NCBI GenBank assembly: GCA_904063045.1
Contig: CAJFCJ010000024.1
Span: 925,777 to 989,776, forward strand
Source: Dimorphilus gyrociliatus
Lineage: Eukaryota > Animalia > Annelida
Length of the DNA stretch: 64,000 bases
Direction of reading: 5' to 3'
Position numbers and translations under genes: made by a program. The notes beneath the pieces are model-generated. The model was not told the origin of the DNA. It was given only the letters and a program-made list of their open reading frames with translations, and ran no database searches. Position 1 is the first letter of the stretch; each line of letters starts with the position of its first letter. Of this stretch, positions 34,901 to 47,600 are shown one piece after another.

Positions 34901-37369
34901 ATACGTCTCCTTATAATCAAAAATTAATGTTTCAACTCGAAGAAGAGCTTTCAGAGGTTAAGGGCGTCGTTCAATCTAATAGAACATTCTGGTTGAGATC
35001 ATTCAGAGACTGGTTGCAAGGTTTGTTCATTTTTCCTTTTTGAACGAGAGAAGGCTTTAACAAAGGGGGAAGGAAAGTAGATTTCTATTGAAAGGGGTGC
35101 GAAAGACGTTTTGAGTACTACCCTTTTCTTTACAGAATTAAAGAGTTACTGCACATAGCTTAATGGACTTTTTAAATAAAAAATAGGTACTCAAATAAAA
35201 GAACGGACTAATGGGTAGGGAAGGGTTAGAAAAAACTTGTAACAATTCTATTGTCGCCACTCTATTCACACTTTATCATGGTCACTCTTCCATAATTTTT
35301 ATCCGTTTTCTTTAAATAGGCCTACAGAGGATATTCAACAAGGAGAAGCATATATTTAGAAAAGCTATCAAGAGTAGCCCTCGCAATATTCCCGAATGGT
35401 CAACAAATATGTCTTACGATGGTATAGTTGCTTTTAAACTATTAGGACAAACACCAACGAGATTTAGATCAAAGAAAGCTCTAACGACTAAGTTGGTGAG
35501 AGATGGAATAATTAATCCCAAATTGTTTTACAAACTACTGAGTGCCTGGACTTCCGAGAATTTACTGGCCTATTCGTTCTCTGAAGCGCAACTAAAACCC
35601 GAACCAAAGGAATGGAAGAACGACTATCGAAATGATGATTGCGAAGGTAAAAGAGAAATAGATAAAATAGCGGTAGTAATCTCAACTAAAATGTTACGTA
35701 ATAGTTTTATTGACAAGAAACAAATAAGAAATTTATTTACACATGTTAAAATTACATTTAACAAATAACAGATTAAATAGGGATTAGCTGTATTATCTTA
35801 TAAATAGGATTTAAATTAAATAAGTAATAAAATAGAGGGTATTAATAGCATTTATAAAATTCTATTTTGCTAATTTTCCTTCTTTATTCTGTTATATTCA
35901 TGTTTTTCTTTTTCGAACAGTGCAAAAATCAAAACCTTTAGCGTTTAGCCAAATGCCACTCTTAATGAGTTTTACCAACGAAGATGATATTCTGCCAAGC
36001 TTATCTAGAATTAGAGAAATATGTGAAAAATATACCTCAATGGGAATTACATCATTTCCAAAAGGAGAATTATTTACCTACTTGGACGATCTTCACAATC
36101 TTAAATTAAAAATTATCGTCGCTTTTGGGGCCTGCTTAGTAGTTCTATCAGTAATAATTACACTCTTTCTTATGCAACTATGGTTTGCAGCTGTATTGGT
36201 TTGTATAAGAGTTTTCTTTAAACAGAACACCCCTTTTTAATAACGTTTACCTTTATTTTAGACCTCAACTTTATTGTTTATTTACGTAGAAATTCTAGGA
36301 TTCTCTGGAATAATTAATCTCAAATTGAACGGCATATCGGCCGTTATAATGCTTACAACATTCTTATTCGTGTTGCCATCGGTTCTACGTTTCTTTATTG
36401 TAAGTAAATTCTTTAATTTGGCAAGTTAAAGAATAGAATGTATAAAAGTAATATAAATAAAGAACTCTTGATATAATTTTTAACTGATTAAGCAGATTGA
36501 TAACATGATTGTTTCTTATCGTTTAATTTATACATATGTATATGTGTCAGCGATTTAGAGTATACTGTATAGTTAACTTTCACAATGTTATATAGACTAC
36601 GTAGGGTATTTTACAGGCTATAATTGTTTTTTTTTATCCTTTATAGGCTTATGTAACGAATATTGGAACTAGAACGGAAAGGTTAAAGTTAACTTTACAA
36701 CAATTTTTACCAGTATACGTAAAGTATATATTGGGATTTCTGTTTGTACTTCTAGTCATTATTTTTACGCATTTCATCTTTATATTCAAGTAAGTTGAAT
36801 GATGGATAATAGATAAATTTGATAACGGATTAACTAATTCTCTTCCTTCTTTCCTCTCTCTTCTTTTTTGACAGATATTTCTTCATCTTGTATATTTTGG
36901 CTATTCTATTTCTAAGCTCGAATCTCTTGGTTACTATACCTGTTATATTATATTTAATAAATCCAAGGGCTCAGATTGAATTGGGTGATGAGCCTATGCC
37001 AAAACCGTCTCCTATGTTACCAAAACCTCGTAAAAAACCTCCCAAGGACTACGATAAGAAAAACCTAAGTACAATTACTGAAGAATCTAGTCACGCTGGT
37101 AGTGATAGTCAAATAAATAATAAATCTTGCCGGGTATTCGTTAGTACCCGGGCTACTCCTGTAAGTAATTAGTAAAACTTGCTGTTTATTTATTCTAAAT
37201 AACCTTTTATAATATAAATATTTTCATCTTTCTTAAATAGATACACAATTCGAATAATAACGAAAATTTTTCAACTAAAACTACCGATCAAGGTAACAAA
37301 AGCCAAAGGATGGCTTTAATAAAAACAACCACAGAAGTAACTGTAGAAGTGCATCAAAGTGACGATTAA
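23268..37369 (+). CDS. ptc: Patched (Hedgehog receptor, RND/SSD family), divergent; 1,136 aa, 16 exons (23268-23336, 24692-24884, 26778-26961, 27241-27429, 27562-27682, 27771-27949, 32788-33058, 33675-33836, 34201-34425, 34504-35020, 35320-35646, 35921-36198, 36262-36399, 36647-36789, 36875-37160, 37241-37369)
   Basis: Patched-type motifs in order: RPSWIDA, LGYNIQRHCGKVLFIGLL, GRVAEELRY, PCSIVSIFDCFWEGSKILGP, GYINKPCL..CP, FWLRSFRDWLQGLQ, DGIVAFKLL, FSQMP..ICEKY..G..FPKG, and C-tail LSTITEE and TEVTVEVH. All 15 introns are GT-AG with compatible phases, and the 3,411 nt total is divisible by 3. Confidence 0.93.
25929..25960. repeat. (TC)16 microsatellite in patched intron 2
   Basis: Pure TC run. 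Confidence 0.95.
32629..32637 (-). promoter_or_regulatory. Candidate Gli/Ci binding site in patched intron 6
   Basis: Minus strand GACCACCCG (8/9 match). A second variant, GACCACACG, lies at 32697-32705 in the same GC-rich patch. Confidence 0.55.
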
Positions 37370-38634
37370 ACTATTTTGTATTTATCTGTGATGCTTTTGG
37401 TGCTATTAAAATAAAATAAAGATTAAAAAAGTAATAGAATTGTATTTAATTTATCTCGATTTTCAATTGATAAACATAACAATAGAGTTGTTGTAAAGGA
37501 GAATATTTGTTTACCGAATTTTTCGGATGATACTGACAAGAATATAAGTTTATCTATAGTTAATTTTGTTTTACTTTTTACTCTTAAAGTATCCATCTTG
37601 ATAAGTGTCTTTCTCTCTCTCTCTCTCTCCCTCAATCTTCCGTACACCTTTTCTCCTATTTTATTCTTTTATACAACATTCCCTACCATTCGAATATTGT
37701 CCTCTCTTTTCATATTTCAAATGTAAATATCTACTCGTATTGTTTTCTTTCTTTCAATATTAACTTTGACTGTAAAAGATATAAACCTTGGCAATTAACT
37801 AATTATGAATATTTGTATTTGATATTTAATATATTAGTATTTACGAAAGCGTAAATAAGGGTTTGTTATCATCTATCAAAACCATTTCAAGCACTACTTG
37901 TAATATAGGTGAATATTTTTGCAAGTGCAACTTTTACTTACAGTACTAGCTACGCCATCTATAACCTCTTCTTTAATTCAATAGTCGAGTGCGTTGGAAG
38001 AGATTTATTATTTACACAATTTTAAGGTGACTGACTGGAAACAATTGTTTCCCCAAAACCACACCTCTGAAAAGCCTAAATTCTTCAAAACCATATTGAT
38101 CACGAGCATTTTGTGTCTGGACAGCTATCGAAGGTGTACAAAGCTATCGTCATTTACTTCTAGTTCTAAACTCTAGTCTTCTATTTCAAAATAGGTTAGT
38201 AAAAGCTAATTAAAATGTCTTATTATTTCTAATTAACAAACCAATCATATGTTACAATTATTTTTAGGAGAGAAGAAATAAGAAAATGGAAAAACGTTTG
38301 TTTTTTCATATTTTTTCCATAGTTCTGCAATAGAATAACATTTAATGTAAAGAGAAAAATATTAATATAGTAACTAATTATGAATTTTATAGTGCATAGT
38401 CCTAATTAACAATTACATTTAAATATCATTTAGATAAGTTTTCACATAAGTGTTTTTGCTTTCTTATTATCCATTTTTTGATGATTTTTTTTAATATGTC
38501 TATATTAATATATAATGTATTGTTGTCTACATTCTTTATAGACCATTAAAGTCAGTAAAGGCATTGTTTCAATTGTTTCAAAATTCAATTGTCTATAAAA
38601 AGTAAGAGTACATTATTTATCGTTAATTCTATAG

Positions 38635-41600
38635 GCTTTGGAAAGAAATTTCTTAGGCCAACAATTCTAGACGAAATCCATAAAATCTTTCAAAAATACC
38701 CATACGATGGTGGTATTTTAAAGGTAATTTCAATTAATTTCTCTACTATTTCTAACTTAATATCATATTCTAATAATTGCAGGAAATGATTCAGAATGCT
38801 GAAGATGCAGGAGCTAAAAATGTTAGTTTCATTTTTGATTGCAGAACATTTGATAAGAAATCGAGCTACGAAACCAATGAACAAGCTTCACTTCAACAAC
38901 TTCGTTCCATTGTTTCTTTTAATGATGCTCGTGTTACTGCAGAAGATTGGAAAGGCATACAATCAGTTGGTCTTAGTAATAAGGACAAGAAAGCTTATAA
39001 AGTTGGTAGATTTGGTTTAGGAATGAAGTCTCTTTTTCATTTAACAGGTTAAACTCATTTTTAATCTCTTTTAAGAGAAATAACGATATAAACATTTTGC
39101 AGACTGCATACAAATTATAAGCGGAGAAGATGTTTTATATCTTGATCCTTCATGCAAGTATTTCAAAGACGAAATTCATCATTATGATCTTTCAGAAATG
39201 CTTTCGAAATGCCCTGAAAAGAAAAGGGAGCTTGAGGAAGCTAGCAAATTAGTAGCCGATTATGATACCCGCTATAATGAAGATTATCCATTTACTATGT
39301 TTCGTTTACCATTAAGAAATCAACCATCTGATGTATCTGATCGAGTTCTTTCCGATTCAGATATTATTGAATTATTTGACCAGTTTATCGAAGATGGATC
39401 TAATAATCTGTTGTTTCTTAAATATCTGCAATCTATCAGACTGTATCGGCTTTCAGATTCGGGATCGGCACTACTTTGTAGCATAGAAATTACACTAACT
39501 GAAAATATTCAAAGACAAAGATTAATTTACAGAGAAAGTCTGGAAAATTCTAAACCATTTCAAATATGCTATGATTCTTGTTTCATCATACAAAATGGAA
39601 CAACAAGGAAAGTTGAGAGATATCTTGTTGTAGTTCAACAAAATTTCGATAATTCTGATATTAAAACACTATCAAATAAACTTCACTATCAACCTTGTGT
39701 GGGTTTAGCCGTTCCCCTTGATCATTCCCTTTTAGGGGAAGGATCATTGTTTACCTTTCTTCCATGTAGTACAAATATAGCATATCCTATTCATATTCAT
39801 GGATATTTTGCTTTAAATGATAGTCGATCTGGTCTGAAATTCTCAAAGATAATGAATGATGACGATTCGAAATGGAACATTTTAATGCTTAAACATCTAC
39901 TACCGAAAGTTTACAATCAATTATTTACTTCTCTGTCGGAGTATAAATCAGTTGATAAAATCATTGAATTTTTCCCACCTAGTTCTTCAAATGATCCTCT
40001 CTGGTTGATAAGTTCAAATGAAATAATCTCTAACCTACTTAGTTGTAAATTCATATCGGGTTCATTGAAAAAAACAACACCCATAAATACTAAATTTATT
40101 ATCGATGATGAATATGCTCAATTTAAAATTGAAATTCTAAAAGCTTCGAATGAAAACTTCGTCGTTCTTAACAAAGAAACTCTACAGACGTTGCGAACTT
40201 TTTTCAAAGGCCATTTCGTATGTGAAGTTCAAATAAAAGAAGTAATTCTTCAGTTACAGGCACGGAACTGTTGGAAAAACTTTATATCGGCTAAAACAAA
40301 AATAGGGATTCTTGAATATCTATTAGATTTAAATTTGGATGTCTCAAACTTGGAGCTTCTTCCAGTAAAAGATTCAAAATCTAATGTATCTTTCAGTACA
40401 TTTAAAAGGCATATTTTCTATAATTACATCTATTATCCATCAAACAACTTAGATGTAATACTGAATGGCGTGGGAATTGATTTTATTGCAGCAAATTCTT
40501 TAACAGAAAAATGTAAAAGACTAATTGAAGATATGGCTCTTAAACAGAATTATCAGCTTAGAAATATGGATATCTCTAAATTCCTATCATACGTAGAGCA
40601 TATGGAAGAAGAGTTTCAGGATCATTCGTGGCTGGAACTATTTATCAACTATATATTAAAAGAGCGCCTTAGTATCGTTACAGGAAAATTTGATAACTTG
40701 CCTGTGATAAGACTAACAACTAATGGAAAAGATTTTAAGAGCTATGCAGTAAAAAATCTTCCAGCTATTTTTGACGAAGCAATAGAAAGAAGAGTTGATA
40801 AAAACATTTTACAAGCATTTGGTATAATATTGGTTAAGAGTGTGTCAAAAATATCTATACCTTTTTTGAACATAAGAAAATCCAATAACAATCCTATTAT
40901 ATTCAATAATGTTTGCGAAAGATTGTTTCAAAATTTATTCTCCAGTGATTTTGTAAACACAGGTCAACATTTATCAAATTTGTTTGGTAAAATGAACAAT
41001 CCAAAAGCAAGCGACGTATTAAACTATCTTTCTTCCAATGTTAAAAGTATACAAGCACTATCTGCAAAGATACAAGTTCAATGGGAAGGACTAAAAATAT
41101 TTCCCCAATACGAAAGGGACATATATGTTTCGTCCACTTTAACTAATCAATTTATAGAGTGTGTTCCCTTTCCAACAAAAGTAGACCTAATTAAAAAATG
41201 TGACGAAGTTGAAACACTTAAACATGTTTTCGGTCTGGAAGAGATATCCATACCTATGCTACTTTTCTTGAAAGTAATTCCTAGCATTCCTGACAAGTAT
41301 AATACAAAGGAAATAGTTGAAATCATACAATATGCTTTTCAGAATTATCAAGCTAATGCAGTGAAAAAATATATCATAAATAGAAGAATTTTTCCAGCGG
41401 CAAACTTTACATGTAAATTACTAGATGAACTCTACAGCTTTGATGTTTCCTTCCCCTGTAAACTAAGAGAGGAAGCAACGTTATCCAACTATTTTTTGCA
41501 CCCCAATTTAAGGGAATTTGAAGAGATATTAAGCGAAATTGGTCTAAAGTCAACTCTAAGTGAAGAGCTTTTGATTAAACTTTTTCAATATGTTGTAAGA

Positions 41601-44600
41601 AATAATGACTTTGCTTTAAGTAAAAGTCTTCAAAATTACATAATTAAAAAGAATATATCAATTAATTCAGAATTAAAGTGGATAAGTGATATTGAAATTC
41701 ACCCTGAAAATTATCCCAATGGGATTAATTGGTTTGGTGGGAAGAAATGTCTGTATGATCGACATTCTGTTTTTAGTGATAATCATTCCTTGTTGGTTGG
41801 AGGTGTAAAACCAGTTATTCCTGACAAGCTCTACCATTTGTTAAATTGTGATTCTACTTTGTCGTTTGACATTGTAAATAAGCAATTTCAAGTTCTCCAG
41901 TTACAAATACGTCAATTAAGAGGCAAAAATATGGAAAAAGCGGAAAACATAATCAAAATACTTTACAAACAGATTAATGCCTCTAATGATTGGGTGTCCG
42001 AGTTCAAGGACCAACAATGTGCCTGGACAGGAAAGGAATTTGTTCATCCTACAAAATTCATTATAAATAATGGAAATATTCAACTAGAACCCTATCGATT
42101 CTATATTCCCAATAATTTTGTAGAATTCAAAGAATTCTATTTAAAATGCGATGCAAAAGAAGACCTGGATTGTATAAATGTAAGTTTCTACCTTTTTCAT
42201 ATTAATATCTGTGCTAAATTTTCATACAACCTTAAATTAGGTACTAATAGATATCAGTAAAAATCCGCCTTCAAGCTGTAAAAATGGTATTCGCATATGT
42301 TCAGATATTTTGAACTCTATTCAAGATACTAATTCCTACGAATTAAAGGATATAATGATTCCAGTGGAAACAACAGATTCATGTACTTTTTCTATGAAAC
42401 CGCTGAGCAGATGTACACAAGCAGCTATTTCAAACTTTACTGGAGTAGACGATGATTGTTACATCATAGAATTTGACGAAAATAGATTCAGTTACATTCT
42501 TCATAATCAACTAAGACTTAGCGAGGATACAAAAAATATATTAGATATTCGTTCCATGAATGAATCTTTATTGGAATTTGAAGACTGGACTCAATCCGAA
42601 GATTTATGTCGTAGATTGAAACAATTGATTTCAGAATATAAAGATGGAATTGGGCCAATTAAAGAGCTTATACAAAATGCTGATGATGCTAGAGCAACAA
42701 CCGTCAAAATCATGTTCGATGAAAGATCCTCATCTATTAAAGACGAAAGCAAATATTTTATCGGTCCATCCGTTTGGGTTTATAATGATGGACTATTCAG
42801 TGAAAGTGATTTTGACGCAGTTAAATCTATAAATTCTGGCCACAAAGAATTGAAAAAGTCAACAATCGGAAAATTTGGTATTGGATTTAATTCCGTATAT
42901 CATTATACAGAAACACCGTCATTTATATCGGGTAACAACTATGTTCGATTTGATCCCCATGCTCAGTACTCTGGAAGCCTTTCAAAGAAACAAAGAGGAG
43001 GTTATCGAATAAAATTGGATGAATCCAAATTAAAACCATTAAAGAGATTACTATCACCTTTTGAAGGAATATTTGGTTGTAAAGTTCCATCACAATGTAG
43101 ATTTGATGGAACGCTATTTAGACTTCAATTGAGAAGTCGTGAACAAGCTTTTCAATCTTTAATTTCTAAAATATCATACGATTCCGAAAATATAGAAGAA
43201 CTAATACAGATTGTACTTAATTTCTCTAGTGATCTTCTTCTATTTACCCAATGTATATGCGAATTTCAAATGTTTCATATAAATGCTTCAGGAGGCATAA
43301 AGGAAATTATTAATATGAAAAAAACACTTGGCAATGCGCTTAATACGAAAGCTCTTCAAATTGAAAAAATACCGAAATGCTTAAGGGAAAAAACAAATTA
43401 TATCGAAGTAATACAACATGCAAATGTCTTATTGGATAACTATGATTCACAAACAGTAGTCTTGATAAACATAGATAAGAAGGTGGGTTCGGCTTTTAAG
43501 TATTTGAACAAAGGTGAAGGTGACGAATCATATCAATGGATTATTGGACAAAACAAAATTACAAATGTCTTACCAGAACTGGAGGAGAGAGGAAGCGTAG
43601 CTATTGGGGGAGTTGCAATTTGCTTATCAGAGAATGTTTCATATGACAATTCCCTGTATTGTTTCTTGCCGCTTCCTATTTCTACGGACCTTCCTTTCCA
43701 TTTGAATGGATCATTTGCGACATCACATGATCGAAGAAATATTATTAGAAATACTAAAGGAGATAGACATGTAATTGAACATGAATGGAATAAATTGCTC
43801 TTTGAAAGAGTAATTCCGTTAGCTCTAAAAGATACTTTTTCTGCAATAAAAACAATAATTATAAATGGTGAAAGCTGTAGATGGTACGAGCTATTTCCGA
43901 CGTTAAATGTTTATACTGATCACTTTATTGAAAAACTCATTCGAATTTTTTATAGAGAAATGATTAAATCTTCTGATGGCTGGTTTATCTTTCAGATGAA
44001 CTGGTATGAACCAAATGATATACGTTTCTTAAGTGAGGAACTATACAAATTGGAAGAACTTACAAATATTGATTTAGACACTATTGCATTTGATCTATTT
44101 GAACTGCCATTTCCTAAATTGCCTATGAGTTTACGAAACACTATTGAAAAATGCGAAGAAGAATACTTTATGAACAGAGTAATTGATACCAAAACGTTTT
44201 ATTCGAGTCTTGTGGAGAACAGTGATTCAATTAACAGCAAACATTTTGATTTGATTATTAAAAGTGGTCTTGAACAATTTCCTTCAACGATAAGTGACAT
44301 ATTGGAACGATCGAAGTGTATAAGAACAAAACCAAATGGTATTTTAAAATTACCTAAAGAAGTTGTTTTGGAAAATTCTGAATTATCGCCCCTCTTCGAT
44401 TTTGAAGAGAATCGATTTTGTGATTGGGATAAAGAAGACGTCGAAAGTGTGAAAACTGAACTTTCTGCTATTGGAATCATATCTACTAAACTTAGTGTAG
44501 AACAAATTATTGAAAGATGTAAGGTATTTGAGGAGAATAGAAAAGATCCAGACTTTATTAATAGAGGACATTTGATATGTTCAGTTATTCACAAAACACA

Positions 44601-47600
44601 TTCTTCAGGAACAATTATAACCAATGAACAACTAAATAAACTAAAGAACATTTCATTCATTCCAATAAAAGTAAAGTCCGAAAAGTGGGAATTAGACTGG
44701 CACGATGACGGATGTACATATTTATATTCTTCTAAAGCGATCAGAAAATGTGATTTTCGATTGATAGCTTTTGTGAAACCAGCTCTATCAAACCAAGTAC
44801 CATTAAGATTGCCTCAACTCTTGAACATTGAAGAGGCATCTGTTGAAGAAGTGTTAGAGAATGTAAACATTCTTCAAAATTGTAAAATTTCTGAACAAGT
44901 AAAGACAATATACAATGAGATCATTACTTTTTTAAGTAAAAAAGACTTTAATTCACAAGATTTTCCACTTCTTGTTCACCATAACAATGGTTTTAAATTT
45001 GAAAAAGATCATTCAAAATGCTATCGGACCGGTATTTTTACTAATCTTGAACCATTTATGTTTGAATGCGTGCGAAACTCCAATGCTATCAAATTTTTAA
45101 ACATTCTCCATGTAAAACAAGAACCTTCATTCAATGATTTCATTCAAATTCTGAGCGAAATCAAGAAGAAAAGTGATGAGAGTTGTACCTCGATTTGTGA
45201 TGATGAAGTTAATATGATTATTTCAATTCTCAATGGCTTAATTGCTGATAAAACAAATCTGAAAAATTTCCTAATGAATAACGATAACCATATTTTTGTT
45301 CCTAGTACAAACAATGTTTTGTTAAGCCATAGAGATTTATGTTTTTGCAATATTGATTGGATTGATAAAAGTGAACTACAAGTTTGTCATGAGAAAATTA
45401 GTATTAATCTAGCTAAGAAACTAGAAATTCCAAGTAATCAAGATAAATTCTTTTCTTCAAAATCTATTGGAATAGGAGAAGAATTCGGTCAGTCAGAGGA
45501 CTTACTCAGTCGTATTAGAACTCTTCTTCGAGCATATCCAAATGATGGAACAATTATTAGGGAGATTATTCAGAATGCTGATGATGCTGGCGCTACTGAA
45601 ATTCAATTTATTCTTGACGCAAATAAGTATGGAGATGAGAAAATATTTGGAGATTCGTGGAAACCTTTACAAAAGTGTCCAGCATTACTCGTCTATAACA
45701 ATGGAAAATTTCGAAAAGAAGATTTCGACGGAATTCAAAGGTTAGGTGAAGGAAGCAAGAAGGATGATGTAACTAAAGTTGGAGAATTTGGTGTTGGTTT
45801 TAATTGTGTATATCATTTAACTGATGTACCTATAATTGTTGCTAATCATGAAGAGAGAGGTCCAGTATTTTGTGTATTTGATCCTCATCGTTCTTATTTT
45901 CCGAAAGCAGAAAATTTTTTAAAGCCAGGGCGAATGATAAGTTTAAAAGATATGAATTCATATTCTGATGTTTTACAGACACTGCCCCAAGAATTTGACC
46001 TAGAAAACGGAGTTCTATTCAGATTTCCACTTAGAGATAATAAAATGGCCAACAGGTCCAAACTGTCTGATCGACCATTGCGTTTTAAAGAAGCAGAAAA
46101 AATTTTAGAAGATCATTTTCATAAAACTGTAAAAGAATCTTTATTTTTCTTGAATAATATTCAAAAGATTGTATTTAAAAAGAAGATTGGCGATTCATAT
46201 GAGAATATATCTTGTATATCAACTTCAAGGGAACCGTTTAGTAAGAAGAGCCAGCAAACTAATTTCACTCAAGAAGTTTATAATAATGATCGTTTTGATC
46301 CTCTTTCTTTATGCTATTATCTCAAAATAAGTGATTCAAAGAAATATGAAAAATGGTTAATTTATCGTTCATTTGGTTTTAGGGAAATCGATAATTTGCC
46401 AAGCGATTTAAGTAATGAAAAGTTTAATCCTGAAGCTGGTGTTGCTCTTCCAATCAAATTGGAAACTTCGGAGGGAATAAAGAAAAAGATATTTTGTCAT
46501 CTACCTTTACCTATTGAAAGTCATATGCCTGTTCATATTAATGGACGTTTTTATTTAGACCATGAAAATCGAAGAGCTATCCGAAAAAATGAAGACTCAG
46601 ACAATGCAATTGAAGTTCGATGGAACTTGTACGTTTTCAATAAACTAATAGGCTATTGCTATGCTAGAATTATTGAAAAATTAAAAATTTTAGTTACGGA
46701 AAAAGAATTGACTTTCAATAATTTTTATAGTTTTTTCCCAAAATTACACAAGGAAGATACTTTCATTAAGGGAGTGTGTGAAGGCTGTATGAGTTACTTA
46801 AAGAAGAGTAAAATATTTGCTTTTGAATCCTCAAATTCCGCAATAGAATGGTTGTCATACAATGAACATAATAAGAATTATCTGTTATATTTTCAATTTG
46901 ATCGTAAATCAGTCGTTAATATATTAAAAGATATTGGTATGAAAATAACAGAAGTACCTACAACGTTAAAAGAAGAATTTGCAGCAGGTCATATGGATAT
47001 TTATGAAGTGAATGAAACTGAAGTTGTCAAATTTTTACTATCGAAATACCATTGTTTTGGTAAACTTCCTCTTCATATCACCGAGACACCCTTTATGAAA
47101 GTACAACGGTTAGAGAGTGTTATTAAATTTATCGATACGGAATTTGAATCAAAGCATAATAATCAGAAGAAATGTGACAGCAAAAATGATGATTTAGAGA
47201 GGTTGCCTTTATTTTTGAACGAAGAAGATGAGTTAGATGTATTCGATCCATATAATTTGATAATAGCAACAGAATACACTCTGTTATTTCAAAATATGAA
47301 AGAGAATGTTGTAAACAAGAAAATCATTAAAACAAGTTTGATTTATAAACTTAAAAAAACGGGAGTAGTACGAGAAGCCACTACGGATTTGTTAGCTCAA
47401 TATATAGTCGATAATATCCCAGAAGAACTTGACAAATCAAAACAGATTGTAGAATATCATGAGAAATATGAAGAATATATTGCCAACTTCTGGAAATGGG
47501 CGAAAGATCAACACAAGGGATCACTAGTAGCAATTACAGCAATTTTACAGCAATTTTCAAATTATTCCCTTCTACCTTGTAAATCCAGTGACAAAATTTA

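Noticed and set aside
42180-42309. Break between the 1020-aa and 2702-aa ORFs looked like two genes or a frameshifted pseudogene
   Set aside because: A 61-nt GT-AG intron (42180-42240) joins them in frame into one sacsin.
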